Shown piece after piece: positions 17,453 through 25,686 of a stretch of 32,000 bases of DNA. Position numbers and translations under genes: made by a program. This DNA is from Geotalea uraniireducens Rf4. Lineage in GTDB: Bacteria > Desulfobacterota > Desulfuromonadia > Geobacterales > Geobacteraceae. How positions within the stretch are numbered: the first letter of the stretch is position 1; each line of letters begins with the position of its first letter. Location: positions 990,001 to 1,022,000 of the forward strand of contig NC_009483.1 in assembly GCF_000016745.1 (NCBI RefSeq), in the 5' to 3' direction. Under the pieces are notes generated by a model. That model had not been told where the DNA came from. It ran no database searches and saw only the letters and a list, made by a program, of their open reading frames with translations.

Positions 17453-17827
17453 GTCATTTCTCCTTTGTGATTAGACACCCTACGCCGGAGTAAACGATGC
17501 GCTCGCAGTCGAAGGGCATTGGCTCGGCGGACAACGAATAAGACTTTATGCGGTGCGTAGCGAAGCGGAGCCGCCGCATAAAGTCGTGTTGGACTAAACC
17601 GTCTTCGGGCCTGTGCACGTGCTATCTGGATTTTTATACCGATTTTTGTCTTTGGGTGCGTGGATAATACGGGTTTTATGAGGGCAATTCAATAAAGAAT
17701 TGTTGTTGATTGTCTCATTTATCAGAATTTCTCTGATTCCCTGCCTTGTTTAACCATCGGACTTTACAATTTTTGCCAACTTCGGGCGCAGTTGTGGCGT
17801 TGCGCCGGTTTTGTCCCGCGCTGCTTT

Positions 17828-18919
17828 TCACTGTTTTGTCGTTATTGTCCGTGCCCTTCCTTGCGGCGGGCTTCTCGCTTTACGCGGCAGCCAGCTGATT
17901 ATCACCATTGTCCCCTCTTCACAGCAGGGACAGCGGCGCTCTGCCGGTGGCGGAGAAGTCTCTTCGTTCTTTTCTTCTTTTGTCTTTCTTCTCTCTGCAA
18001 GCAGGAGCTGCAACCGTTTCAGGGTTACTCTATTTCCTGGACTTAAAAGTCCGTAGTAGCGGACCTTGTGAAACCCCTGCGGCAGGACGTGCTGCAGGTA
18101 GCGACGCAGGAACTCCTTTACCGGTAGCCGCATATTCTTCCACTCTCTGGTGTCGGAATTCTGGTAGCGGAAGACGACCTGACCGTTATCCAGGGCAAGA
18201 ATACGGTTATTGGTAATGGCGATGCGGTGGACGTATCTGCCAAGGTAATGGAACACCTTTTTTGCCCGGTTGAAGGTCGGTTTGCAGAAGACCACCCACT
18301 CCTTGTCCCAGACTTGCCCAGGAAAGATCACCTCGGGAAGTGCTTTTCTGGCCATCTTCATGAACCGGTAGCGAAAGCCCTTTGACAGGGCTTTCACCGG
18401 CACGAGGTACTTCTTGCGGGACTCCCGCCATTGGCCGTCTTTATCAAGTCCGCCGGCGGGGACCAGCATATGCACGTGGGGATGGTGCTCCAGAGCTCTT
18501 GTCCAGGTATGCAGGACGGCGAGGATGCCGAGTTTGCCGCCGACGAACTTGGGATCGAGTCCGATTGCGGCGAGGGTTTCCACTGCTGCCTGCATGAGGA
18601 TGGCGTAGAGTACCTTCTGGTGTTTGCGTACCGGGTCTCTCAGTTCTGACGGAAGGGTGAAGACCAGATGAAAGTAGCGTACCGGCAGGAGTTCGCCTTC
18701 TCTCTTGGTCAGCCAGAGCTTTGTTTCATTACCGTGGCATTTGGGACAGCTTCTGTTTTTGCAGGAGTGGTAGAGGTATTGTTGATGGCCGCAATCTTCA
18801 CACTCATCGACATGTCCTCCCATGCTTTCGGAAATCAGGGACATAATACGGATTATGAACACCATGTCACCCATCTTCACTGGGATTTCAGCTTGTGGAG
18901 TGATAACGGTCCAAGTCAT
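17828..18919 (-). CDS. IS91-family (HUH-Y2, rolling-circle) transposase, N-terminus possibly shortened
   Basis: Zn-finger CEDCGH....YHSCKNRSCPKCH, HUH in HHPHVHMLVP, paired tyrosines in HYLGRYVHRIAI, C-terminal CPCCE. The usual ~40-aa N-terminal segment is not recognisable. Confidence 0.8.
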   Translation of the reverse strand: MTWTVITPQAEIPVKMGDMVFIIRIMSLISESMGGHVDECEDCGHQQYLYHSCKNRSCPKCHGNETKLWLTKREGELLPVRYFHLVFTLPSELRDPVRKHQKVLYAILMQAAVETLAAIGLDPKFVGGKLGILAVLHTWTRALEHHPHVHMLVPAGGLDKDGQWRESRKKYLVPVKALSKGFRYRFMKMARKALPEVIFPGQVWDKEWVVFCKPTFNRAKKVFHYLGRYVHRIAITNNRILALDNGQVVFRYQNSDTREWKNMRLPVKEFLRRYLQHVLPQGFHKVRYYGLLSPGNRVTLKRLQLLLAERRKTKEEKNEETSPPPAERRCPCCEEGTMVIISWLPRKARSPPQGRARTITTKQ

Positions 18920-19171
18920 GAAAAATCACTTTTGTGATTCTCTTAGCCCTCAATACATCTCCCTTCACGGCTTAATATACGCATTCAGCCCGATTGTCAC
19001 AGGCTTGCCGTCAACTTCGGCTGTGGTAACGGCATTCCCCCGTGTGCTTGCAACCACCAGGGTTTTCCCGGATGGAAACTAGTTCATCTGACAGGCAAAC
19101 TGCGGCCATCGTTGGGGGTGGTGTTTAACTGAGGTGAAGGCCGCGATGGCGGATTTGGTGGTAGCAGAAAG

Positions 19172-19199
19172 AAAAGGGAGCCCTGGGCGGCTCCCTTTT
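19172..19199. terminator. Bidirectional rho-independent terminator-like hairpin
   Basis: AAAAGGGAGCC-ctgggc-GGCTCCCTTTT, an 11-bp stem (7 bp excluding the A/T tracts) flanked by an A-tract and a T-tract. Confidence 0.6.
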
Positions 19200-19284
19200 C
19201 TGTGGTATCATATGGCAAAAGCAGGTAAAGTTGGCAAACGGTCTTGATCTGTGCCCACGGGGATAAATTAATGTAATTATTTTT

Positions 19285-19456
19285 GTATCCTATTCAGCCG
19301 CTTACTTTATCATGGTTTTTCAGTTACTTTGGCGTTCCTCATAACCCCTCCCGACCTCCCCTTAGCTTAAGGGGAGGGGTGTTATCAGTTCCCCCTCTTT
19401 GGTTAAGAGGGGGTTAGGGGGAGTTACGGCCTGACAGGAGCTGAATAGTTACTTAT
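19285..19456. repeat. REP/MITE-like element with two GC-rich hairpins
   Basis: Hairpins CCTCCCCTTA-gct-TAAGGGGAGG (19355-19377) and CCCCCTCTT-n5-AAGAGGGGG (19391-19413). Weak terminal inverted repeat CTATTCAGC / GCTGAATAG. Shares AACCCCTCCC and GGGTTAGGGGGAG with the 9798-9996 element. Confidence 0.45.
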
Positions 19457-19477
19457 TTTTCAACTATTGGAGTTCAA

Positions 19478-20167
19478 ATGGAAACAATCCAGATTCTGAA
19501 AAAATCCCTCCTCTTCTCCGGCCTGGACGACGAACACCTGGCTGAGGTGGCGGTTATTGCCATCAAACGCACCTTTGCCAAGGGGGAATCGCTTTTCAAC
19601 GATGGTGATGTGGCCAACGGTTTCTATCTGCTGGCGGAGGGATCCATGAAGCTCTGCAAGATGTCGCCGGACGGCAGGGAAAAGGTGCTCCATTTCGTCC
19701 ATGCCGGCGAGACCTTTGCCGAAGCGGCCTTTTTCGGCGACGGCAAATATCCGGCCGAGGCCAAGGCCATGGAGAAGGGGGAAGCGCTGTTCTTTCCCCG
19801 GGAGGCGTTCATGGGGCTTCTGGAGAGAAACCCGCGTTTTTCTCTCAACTTGATTGTTTCGCTCTCGCTTCTGTTGCGCCGATTTGCCCGGCAGATCGAA
19901 GAACTCTCCTTTGCCGATGTGCCGGCGCGTCTGGCCGCCTACCTGGTGGAGATGGCCGGGAAGAAATCCACCACCTTCCAGGGGAAGACCTATATCGATC
20001 TGGACATGAAAAAAGGGGAACTCGCCTCACGCCTCGGCACGGTCAGCGAGACCCTTTCCCGCACCTTCAGGAAACTGAAAGAGGAGGGGCTTATCGAGGT
20101 GGAGGGAGGACGGGTGGTTGTCAACGATATGGAGAGACTCAAGGGGCTGGTGGGGAAACAACAGTGA
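19478..20167 (+). CDS. Crp/Fnr-family transcriptional regulator
   Basis: N-terminal cNMP-binding-like fold (LF..L....L...A......F.KGE.LF..GD....FYLL..G), C-terminal HTH (ELASRLGTVSETLSRTFRKL). GGAG RBS. Confidence 0.85.
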   Translation: METIQILKKSLLFSGLDDEHLAEVAVIAIKRTFAKGESLFNDGDVANGFYLLAEGSMKLCKMSPDGREKVLHFVHAGETFAEAAFFGDGKYPAEAKAMEKGEALFFPREAFMGLLERNPRFSLNLIVSLSLLLRRFARQIEELSFADVPARLAAYLVEMAGKKSTTFQGKTYIDLDMKKGELASRLGTVSETLSRTFRKLKEEGLIEVEGGRVVVNDMERLKGLVGKQQ

Positions 20168-20699
20168 GGCGATCTATCCAGCGCCGGTAGGTGAGAACCC
20201 TTTCGATGAAGTCCTTGTGGATGGCCACGTCGCACAGGCGACCTTCTTCCTCCACCGGCAGCAGCGGGAAGTGTCTGACAATTGCATCGGCAAAAAGCCC
20301 CCGGCCGCTTTCCACCGGGACCCCCCGGTTGTAGACCTTGACGCGAAAGAGGCCGGAACTGGGCGAATTTTTCTTGAAGATAAAGCCGCACAGCTCTTCT
20401 TTCTCCAGCTCGCTGACTTTTTCCCGGCAAAAAGCAAGCATCTGTTCCGTCAGGTCCTGCCTGGTTTTGATGGTCATGAGGCGTGGGGCGGCCGGGTCGC
20501 CCTCCAGGCGCATTGCCTCCCGCGGCGTGGAAAGGCCGCAGCCGACTTCCGGGCAGACCCCGACAAAGGTGAAGAACTTTCCCAGGGTGTCGGTGATGAA
20601 GGGGGCGTGCTTGTGTCCTCCGTCAAAACGGACGTTTTCCCCCAGCAGGCACGAGCTTATCCCGATCTTGATCGATGCTGTTGCGATGTCTTTTCCCAT
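20139..20699 (-). CDS. DUF523-family protein (TudS/YbbK-like), probably lacking the usual C-terminal DUF1722 domain
   Basis: IGISSCLLGENVRFDGGHK motif. The sequence ends just after the EEEGRL......FIERV..YRRW linker that normally leads into DUF1722. The last 29 nt overlap the convergent crp-like gene. Confidence 0.6.
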   Translation of the reverse strand: MGKDIATASIKIGISSCLLGENVRFDGGHKHAPFITDTLGKFFTFVGVCPEVGCGLSTPREAMRLEGDPAAPRLMTIKTRQDLTEQMLAFCREKVSELEKEELCGFIFKKNSPSSGLFRVKVYNRGVPVESGRGLFADAIVRHFPLLPVEEEGRLCDVAIHKDFIERVLTYRRWIDRLTVVSPPAP

Positions 20700-20753
20700 G
20701 CGGATACTTTAGCACGGTTCATGACAGAGGTGTATTTGAATCTGTTATTGATT

Positions 20754-20852
20754 CGGTGGTTAAACATATCAATGGTAGGGGCGAGGCTTGCCTCGCCCAA
20801 TCGGGCAGGGGCTGCCCTGCCATACCTCAGTGTTTTACATGTTTAGCCACCG
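20754..20852. repeat. MITE-like ~99-bp element
   Basis: Terminal inverted repeat CGGTGGTTAAACAT (20754-20768) versus ATGTTTAGCCACCG (20839-20852), 13/14. Internal hairpins GGGGCGAGGC-ttg-CCTCGCCC and GGGCAGGG-gc-tGCCCTGCC. Confidence 0.5.
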
Positions 20853-20977
20853 GAGCAATAAATAAATGATTGTGGTGAAAAGTCGTGGAATAGCCTTGAA
20901 AAAACGGTTCATGCTGGTATACTTTGGCCGTTTCCGCCTTGTGACAAAGGGTTTGCAAAGACAGTACGGAGGTTTGC

Positions 20978-22609
20978 TTGGATTGGGAGTGCTGCTGGAC
21001 TAAAAACGAGATAACGCCTGAAGAATGTCCTTACATAACCGAAGGTGAAGAGGACCTCTATGGTTCGTTGCAGCGCAGGGTTGTCGATAAATGCATGGAG
21101 TGCCCCAGGTTCAAGAACGACCTCCAGCGCATGAAGGATCTTGCTTATCCGTTGTCCGAGGTATTGCCGCACATTATCTCCGGATACCGGGAACAGAAGG
21201 CCCGGATGGCCTCCATGGCCAGTTTCGTCAACCGGAAGACCCGGGAGATCAAGTTTCTCCACGAGTTGAACGTTGTATTGCAAACCTCCCTGGACCTGGA
21301 TGAAGTGTTGTCCGTGGCTATGACCGCCATTACTGCCGGCAAAGGCTTTGGCATGAATCGGGCGTTCCTGCTCATGGCCGACAAGGAGCGGCAGTATCTC
21401 AAGGGATACCTGGGAGTAGGCCCGAGAAATTACGAGGAGGCCTGGCAGATCTGGCAGGATATCGATCGGACCAACAACACCCTCAGGGCGATGGCCAGGA
21501 ATTTCCAGAGGACCAAACTCTCTTCCGAAAAAGTCAAATTCCAGGATATCCTGGAGAAGCTTTCGGTCCCCCTTGCCGATGAGAAGCATATCTTCAACCG
21601 GGCGCTCCGCGGTAAAAAACCGTTACTGGCTGAGAACGCTTTTCATAATCCTGATGTGGATCCCGGATTGGCGCGGATCCTTGGCGTAGACTGCTTTCTC
21701 GTCATGCCCCTCATTTCGAGAAAACGGCGTATCGGCATAATAATCGCCGACAACTGTGTGACCCACAAGCCGATTACCCCCCAGGACATGCAATCCATGG
21801 AGACCTTTGCCTTTCCCGTCGCCTTTGCCTTGGAACGGGCTTCCCTTTACGAACGGCTTCGGGAGGAGGTCACAAAACAGACCGCCGCCAACGTGAAGCT
21901 GAAGGAGCAGCAGGAACTGATCGTCAAGATGGAAAAGATGGCTTTGGTGGGAAAGATAACCTCCAGCATCGCCCATTCCATCAGGAATCCGTTGATGATT
22001 ATCGGCGGATTTGCCCGCTCCCTGCTGAAGAGCAGCGCCGAGAACGATCAGAAAAGATCGTATCTGGAAACGATCGTGCAGGAGGCGAAGCAGCTTGAAG
22101 ATGTCCTTGCCGAGGTGCTCAACTATTCGGACTCACTGTTCCCGGCCATGGACATGTGGGATGTAAACCAGCTTGTAACGGCCGTCTACAACGAATTGCG
22201 GGAGCGGCTGATGCAAAGGAGTATCCGCAGTTCTCTTGAGCCTGCGGCAGATTTGCCCATGGTCTGTATCGATTATAAGCAGATTGCCTACTGTGTCAGG
22301 GCGCTCATCATCAATGCCATGGAACTCATGACCGGCGGCGGTGAGATTTGGCTCAAAACGGCCCTGAATGGTGAATGCGTGACTGTCGAACTGAGCGATG
22401 ACGGCCCGGCGCTGAGCCCTGAGGTGCGGGAGGCGCTGACCACCCCCTTTGTCGCTACCCAGGAAATGGGAACTGGTTCAGGCTTGCCTCTCTGCAGGAC
22501 CATCCTTGAAAAACAGGGCAATGAGCTTTTAATCGGGGACCGCCGGGGGGGCGGGACTACCTATATTATCAAGCTTCCCATCACGAAAGGAGAAAGAGTA
22601 CATGGCTAA
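20978..22609 (+). CDS. Sensor histidine kinase: Cys-rich N-terminal segment, GAF-like domain, HisKA, HATPase
   Basis: H-box SSIAHSIRNPL and a C-terminal G-box region (GTGSGLPLC). TTG start 5 nt after GGAGG. 8-nt overlap with the receiver gene. Confidence 0.8.
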   Translation: MDWECCWTKNEITPEECPYITEGEEDLYGSLQRRVVDKCMECPRFKNDLQRMKDLAYPLSEVLPHIISGYREQKARMASMASFVNRKTREIKFLHELNVVLQTSLDLDEVLSVAMTAITAGKGFGMNRAFLLMADKERQYLKGYLGVGPRNYEEAWQIWQDIDRTNNTLRAMARNFQRTKLSSEKVKFQDILEKLSVPLADEKHIFNRALRGKKPLLAENAFHNPDVDPGLARILGVDCFLVMPLISRKRRIGIIIADNCVTHKPITPQDMQSMETFAFPVAFALERASLYERLREEVTKQTAANVKLKEQQELIVKMEKMALVGKITSSIAHSIRNPLMIIGGFARSLLKSSAENDQKRSYLETIVQEAKQLEDVLAEVLNYSDSLFPAMDMWDVNQLVTAVYNELRERLMQRSIRSSLEPAADLPMVCIDYKQIAYCVRALIINAMELMTGGGEIWLKTALNGECVTVELSDDGPALSPEVREALTTPFVATQEMGTGSGLPLCRTILEKQGNELLIGDRRGGGTTYIIKLPITKGERVHG

Positions 22610-22976
22610 ATTGCTGGTTGTGGACGACGAAGCCAACATCAGGCTTCTCTACGCGCAGGAACTGAGCGACGAAGGGTATGAAGTGGTCACTGCCGCTTCT
22701 ACAGCCGAGGCTGTGGAACAACTTGCCGGCAATAATTTCGACCTGGTTGTGCTCGACATAAAGCTGAAGAACGAAAGCGGCATAGAGCTCTTGCAGCAGA
22801 TCGTCAAGGAGCGTCACGAACTGCCGGTGATACTCTCCACGGCGTTTTCCTGCTACAAGGATGATTTTTCCGCTTGGCTCGCAGACGGTTATGTGGTTAA
22901 GTCCAGTGACCTACAGGAACTGAAGGCAGAAATAAAGCGGGTGTTGGACAAGAAAAGCAGGATAAAAGCCGGATGA
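22602..22976 (+). CDS. Single-domain response regulator (CheY-like receiver)
   Basis: KLLVVDDE..., phospho-acceptor context DLVVLDIKL, conserved T (STA) and K (VKS). 124 aa. Confidence 0.85.
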   Translation: MAKLLVVDDEANIRLLYAQELSDEGYEVVTAASTAEAVEQLAGNNFDLVVLDIKLKNESGIELLQQIVKERHELPVILSTAFSCYKDDFSAWLADGYVVKSSDLQELKAEIKRVLDKKSRIKAG

Positions 22977-23078
22977 GGCCGATGTGACGTAAAGAGGCCC
23001 GGCCGGGGTGTCTGAAAAGACGAGCCGCAAACCGTATCTGCATGATAAATTTCCATTCTGAAAAGGAGTAATGTGTCT

Positions 23079-25586
23079 ATGAAAGCAGTGATTATGGCGG
23101 GGGGATTCGGTACCCGCATGCAGCCCCTCACCTGTAATACGCCGAAACCGATGATCCCGCTCCTGAATCGTCCCATCATGCTCCATATAGTGGAACTCTT
23201 AAAGAAATACCAGATAACGGATCTGGTGATGCTCCTTTATCATCAGCCGAGTGTGATCAGGAACTTTTTTCGCGACGGCTCCGATTTCGGGGTGAAAATC
23301 ACCTATGTCACGCCGCTTGAGGACATGGGGACGGCTGGCGCCGTGAAGTGCGCAGAGAAATTTCTCGATGAACGCTTCCTTATCATCAGTGGTGATCTTC
23401 TCACCGATTTCAACCTGCAGAAGGTCCTGAATTTTCACGAAGACAATAAAGCCCTGGCGACGATTACCCTGACGTCAGTGAAAGACCCGCTCCAGTTCGG
23501 CGTTGTCATTACGGATAAGGATAAAAGGATCACCCAGTTCCTGGAAAAGCCGGGCTGGGGCGAAGTAATTTCCGACACCATCAATACCGGCATCTATGTG
23601 CTTGAGCCGGAAATTTTCAAATACATTCCCGACGGGGAAAATTTCGACTTTTCCCAGGACCTTTTCCCGCTGCTCCTGAAAAAAAAGGAACCGCTCTTCG
23701 GTTTCCCTCTCAAGGGTTACTGGCGGGATATCGGCAATACCGATTCCTATAGGGAGGCTCACTACGACATCCTGCGCGGCAAGGTTTACGCCCGGATTGA
23801 TGAGCAGAAGCAGGACCTGATCGGCAAAGATCTGCGCATCGGTGCAGACGTCAAGCTCGACCGGAACATAGGCCTGGACGGAACCGTGGTGATCGGCGAC
23901 AATTCCCAGGTACAGGACAGCGCCCAGCTCAAGGATACGGTAATCGGCCGCAACTGCACCATCGAACCGGGGGTGCGCCTTTCCCGCTGCGTGATCTGGG
24001 ACAACGTCTATATCAAGAAAGGGTCGAAACTCACCGACAGTGTCCTCTGCAACAATGTCAGCGTCGGTCAGGGTGTGGTCATGGAGGAAGGGACCATCGT
24101 TGCCGACGATACTTCCATCGGTGAAGAGGTGTATATCAAGCGCGATGTCAAGATCTGGCCGCGCAAGGTTATCGAGGGGGGCTCCACGGTGACCGGCAAC
24201 CTGATCTGGGGAGAGCGATGGAAAAAATCGCTCTTTGAAGGGAAAATGATCAAGGGGCTTACCAATATCGAGCTGACCCCGGAATTCGTGGCGAAGCTCG
24301 GCTGCGCCTACGGCACGTCGCTTCCCAAGGGGAGCTTTGTCCTGGTCGGCCGTGATGCTTCCCTTTCTTCGCGGATGTTGAAACGGAGTTTTCTCGGCGG
24401 CATTCTCTCTGCCGGGGTGAACGTCCGCGACCTCAGGATGGTGCCGCTGCCGGTCCTCCGTTACAAACTCCGGACCTTCGGCGAAATGGGAGGTGTTCAC
24501 TTCCGCCAGGCCATGGACGATCCGGCTTCAACTGAGATAGTGTTCCTCGATGGCGATGGCCTCGACTTCTCCAGTTCCATGGGTAAGAATATCGAGCGGA
24601 TCTTTTACAAGGAGAACTTTCGCCGCGCCCATCACATGGAGCCGGGGGGAATCACCGAGCTGCCGCAGGTGTTCGAGTTCTACCGGGAAGGTTTCGCCCG
24701 TGCCATCAACCTGGAACTGGTGAAGAAGGCGGATTTCAAACTGGTCATCGACTTCAACCATTCCCCCGCCGGTCAGACCCTCCCGGCAATCCTCAACGAC
24801 ATGGGGTGTGAAGTGATCGGGATCAATGCCTATATCGACGAGGAGCGCGGGGCGAAGAAGACGGAGAAAAAAACGGAAAGCCTGCAGCAACTGGCAAAGA
24901 TCGTTGCATCATTGGAGGCAAAGGCCGGTTTTTGGCTCGACCCTACCGCCGAAGAAGTTATCCTGGTGGACGAAACCGGCAAGATCTATGAGCCTTCGGA
25001 GCTACTGCCCCTGCTGGTGGCGTTGGCCCTCAAGAGCGGCGTGAGGGGCGCCTTTGCAGTGCCTGTATCCGCCCCGTCGGTCATTGAGCAGATAGCCAGT
25101 GAAAAGGGAAGCTCCGTACGTCGTACCAAGAGCGCCGAGCGGGCCATGATAGAGGCGGCACTTTCTTCGGAAGTAATTATGGCGGGCTCAATGGACGGCC
25201 GGTTCGCCTTCCCCAAATTCCAGGCAGCGTTTGACGGCATGTTCACCATCGCCAAGACCGTCGAGATGGCTGCGGCAGCAGGCATCCCCCTCTCGCGGAT
25301 GCTTGAGGACATTCCCCGCCGCACCTTCCTCCAGGGAAAGGTGCCCTGCGTCTGGGAGATGAAAGGCGGGATCATGCGCAAGATGAGCGAGGACAGCCTG
25401 GACAAGGAGGCTACCTTCATCGACGGCATCAAGGTGCATTTCGGCGAAGATTGGGTGCTCGTGCTTCCCGACCAGTACAACCCGTTCGTTCATATCGTCG
25501 CCGAGGCCAAGGAACAGAAGGTCGCCCAGAAGCTTCTCGACGAATACCGGAAAAAAGTGGAAAAATGGAAGAAGGAGCTGCAATAG
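23079..25586 (+). CDS. Fusion protein: sugar-1-phosphate nucleotidyltransferase (with LbH) plus phosphoglucomutase/phosphomannomutase-like domains
   Basis: MKAVIMAGGFGTRM.PLT...PKP motif, hexapeptide-repeat middle region, PGM/PMM-like C-terminal half. ATG 23079 preferred over GTG 23073 (AAGGAG 10 nt upstream). Confidence 0.8.
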   Translation: MKAVIMAGGFGTRMQPLTCNTPKPMIPLLNRPIMLHIVELLKKYQITDLVMLLYHQPSVIRNFFRDGSDFGVKITYVTPLEDMGTAGAVKCAEKFLDERFLIISGDLLTDFNLQKVLNFHEDNKALATITLTSVKDPLQFGVVITDKDKRITQFLEKPGWGEVISDTINTGIYVLEPEIFKYIPDGENFDFSQDLFPLLLKKKEPLFGFPLKGYWRDIGNTDSYREAHYDILRGKVYARIDEQKQDLIGKDLRIGADVKLDRNIGLDGTVVIGDNSQVQDSAQLKDTVIGRNCTIEPGVRLSRCVIWDNVYIKKGSKLTDSVLCNNVSVGQGVVMEEGTIVADDTSIGEEVYIKRDVKIWPRKVIEGGSTVTGNLIWGERWKKSLFEGKMIKGLTNIELTPEFVAKLGCAYGTSLPKGSFVLVGRDASLSSRMLKRSFLGGILSAGVNVRDLRMVPLPVLRYKLRTFGEMGGVHFRQAMDDPASTEIVFLDGDGLDFSSSMGKNIERIFYKENFRRAHHMEPGGITELPQVFEFYREGFARAINLELVKKADFKLVIDFNHSPAGQTLPAILNDMGCEVIGINAYIDEERGAKKTEKKTESLQQLAKIVASLEAKAGFWLDPTAEEVILVDETGKIYEPSELLPLLVALALKSGVRGAFAVPVSAPSVIEQIASEKGSSVRRTKSAERAMIEAALSSEVIMAGSMDGRFAFPKFQAAFDGMFTIAKTVEMAAAAGIPLSRMLEDIPRRTFLQGKVPCVWEMKGGIMRKMSEDSLDKEATFIDGIKVHFGEDWVLVLPDQYNPFVHIVAEAKEQKVAQKLLDEYRKKVEKWKKELQ

Positions 25587-25591
25587 AGGCG

Positions 25592-25675
25592 GTTCAATAG
25601 AGCCGTTCGATGTTCGAAGTTCGAAGTTCTATGTTGAAAACCTCGAACCTCGAACCTCGAACCTCGAACCTCGAA
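25592..25675 (+). repeat. Heptamer dyad: left arm GTTCAAT..GTTCGAT, GTTCGAA x2, GTTCTAT; right arm CCTCGAA x5
   Basis: Counted directly. The right arm reverse-complemented is GTTCGAG x5, the left-arm family inverted. Located between the stop at 25586 and the ATG at 25687. Confidence 0.9.
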
Positions 25676-25686
25676 CAGGTTTTAAC

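Noticed and set aside
17542-17585. 12-bp perfect-stem hairpin (GACTTTATGCGG ... CCGCATAAAGTC) flanked by ..ACAAC and GTTGGAC, resembling an integron attC site next to a cassette-like VOC gene
   Set aside because: The outer R boxes pair only over CAAC/GTTG, and the left box does not fit RYYYAAC. The spacer lengths are atypical. There is no second attC after the VOC gene and no intI in the window. It is more likely a subterminal structure of the IS91-like element or a REP. The attC idea would need a covariance-model (attC) scan to revive it.
20118-21589. ORFs 20118..20846 (+) and 20909..21589 (-)
   Set aside because: They run antisense to the DUF523 gene and the histidine kinase respectively. 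They have no motifs, and the opposite-strand genes have clear family signatures and ribosome-binding sites.
23475-25583. Antisense ORFs (341 aa, 164 aa, 131 aa) inside the nucleotidyltransferase/mutase gene
   Set aside because: Shadow frames of a long, well-supported plus-strand gene.
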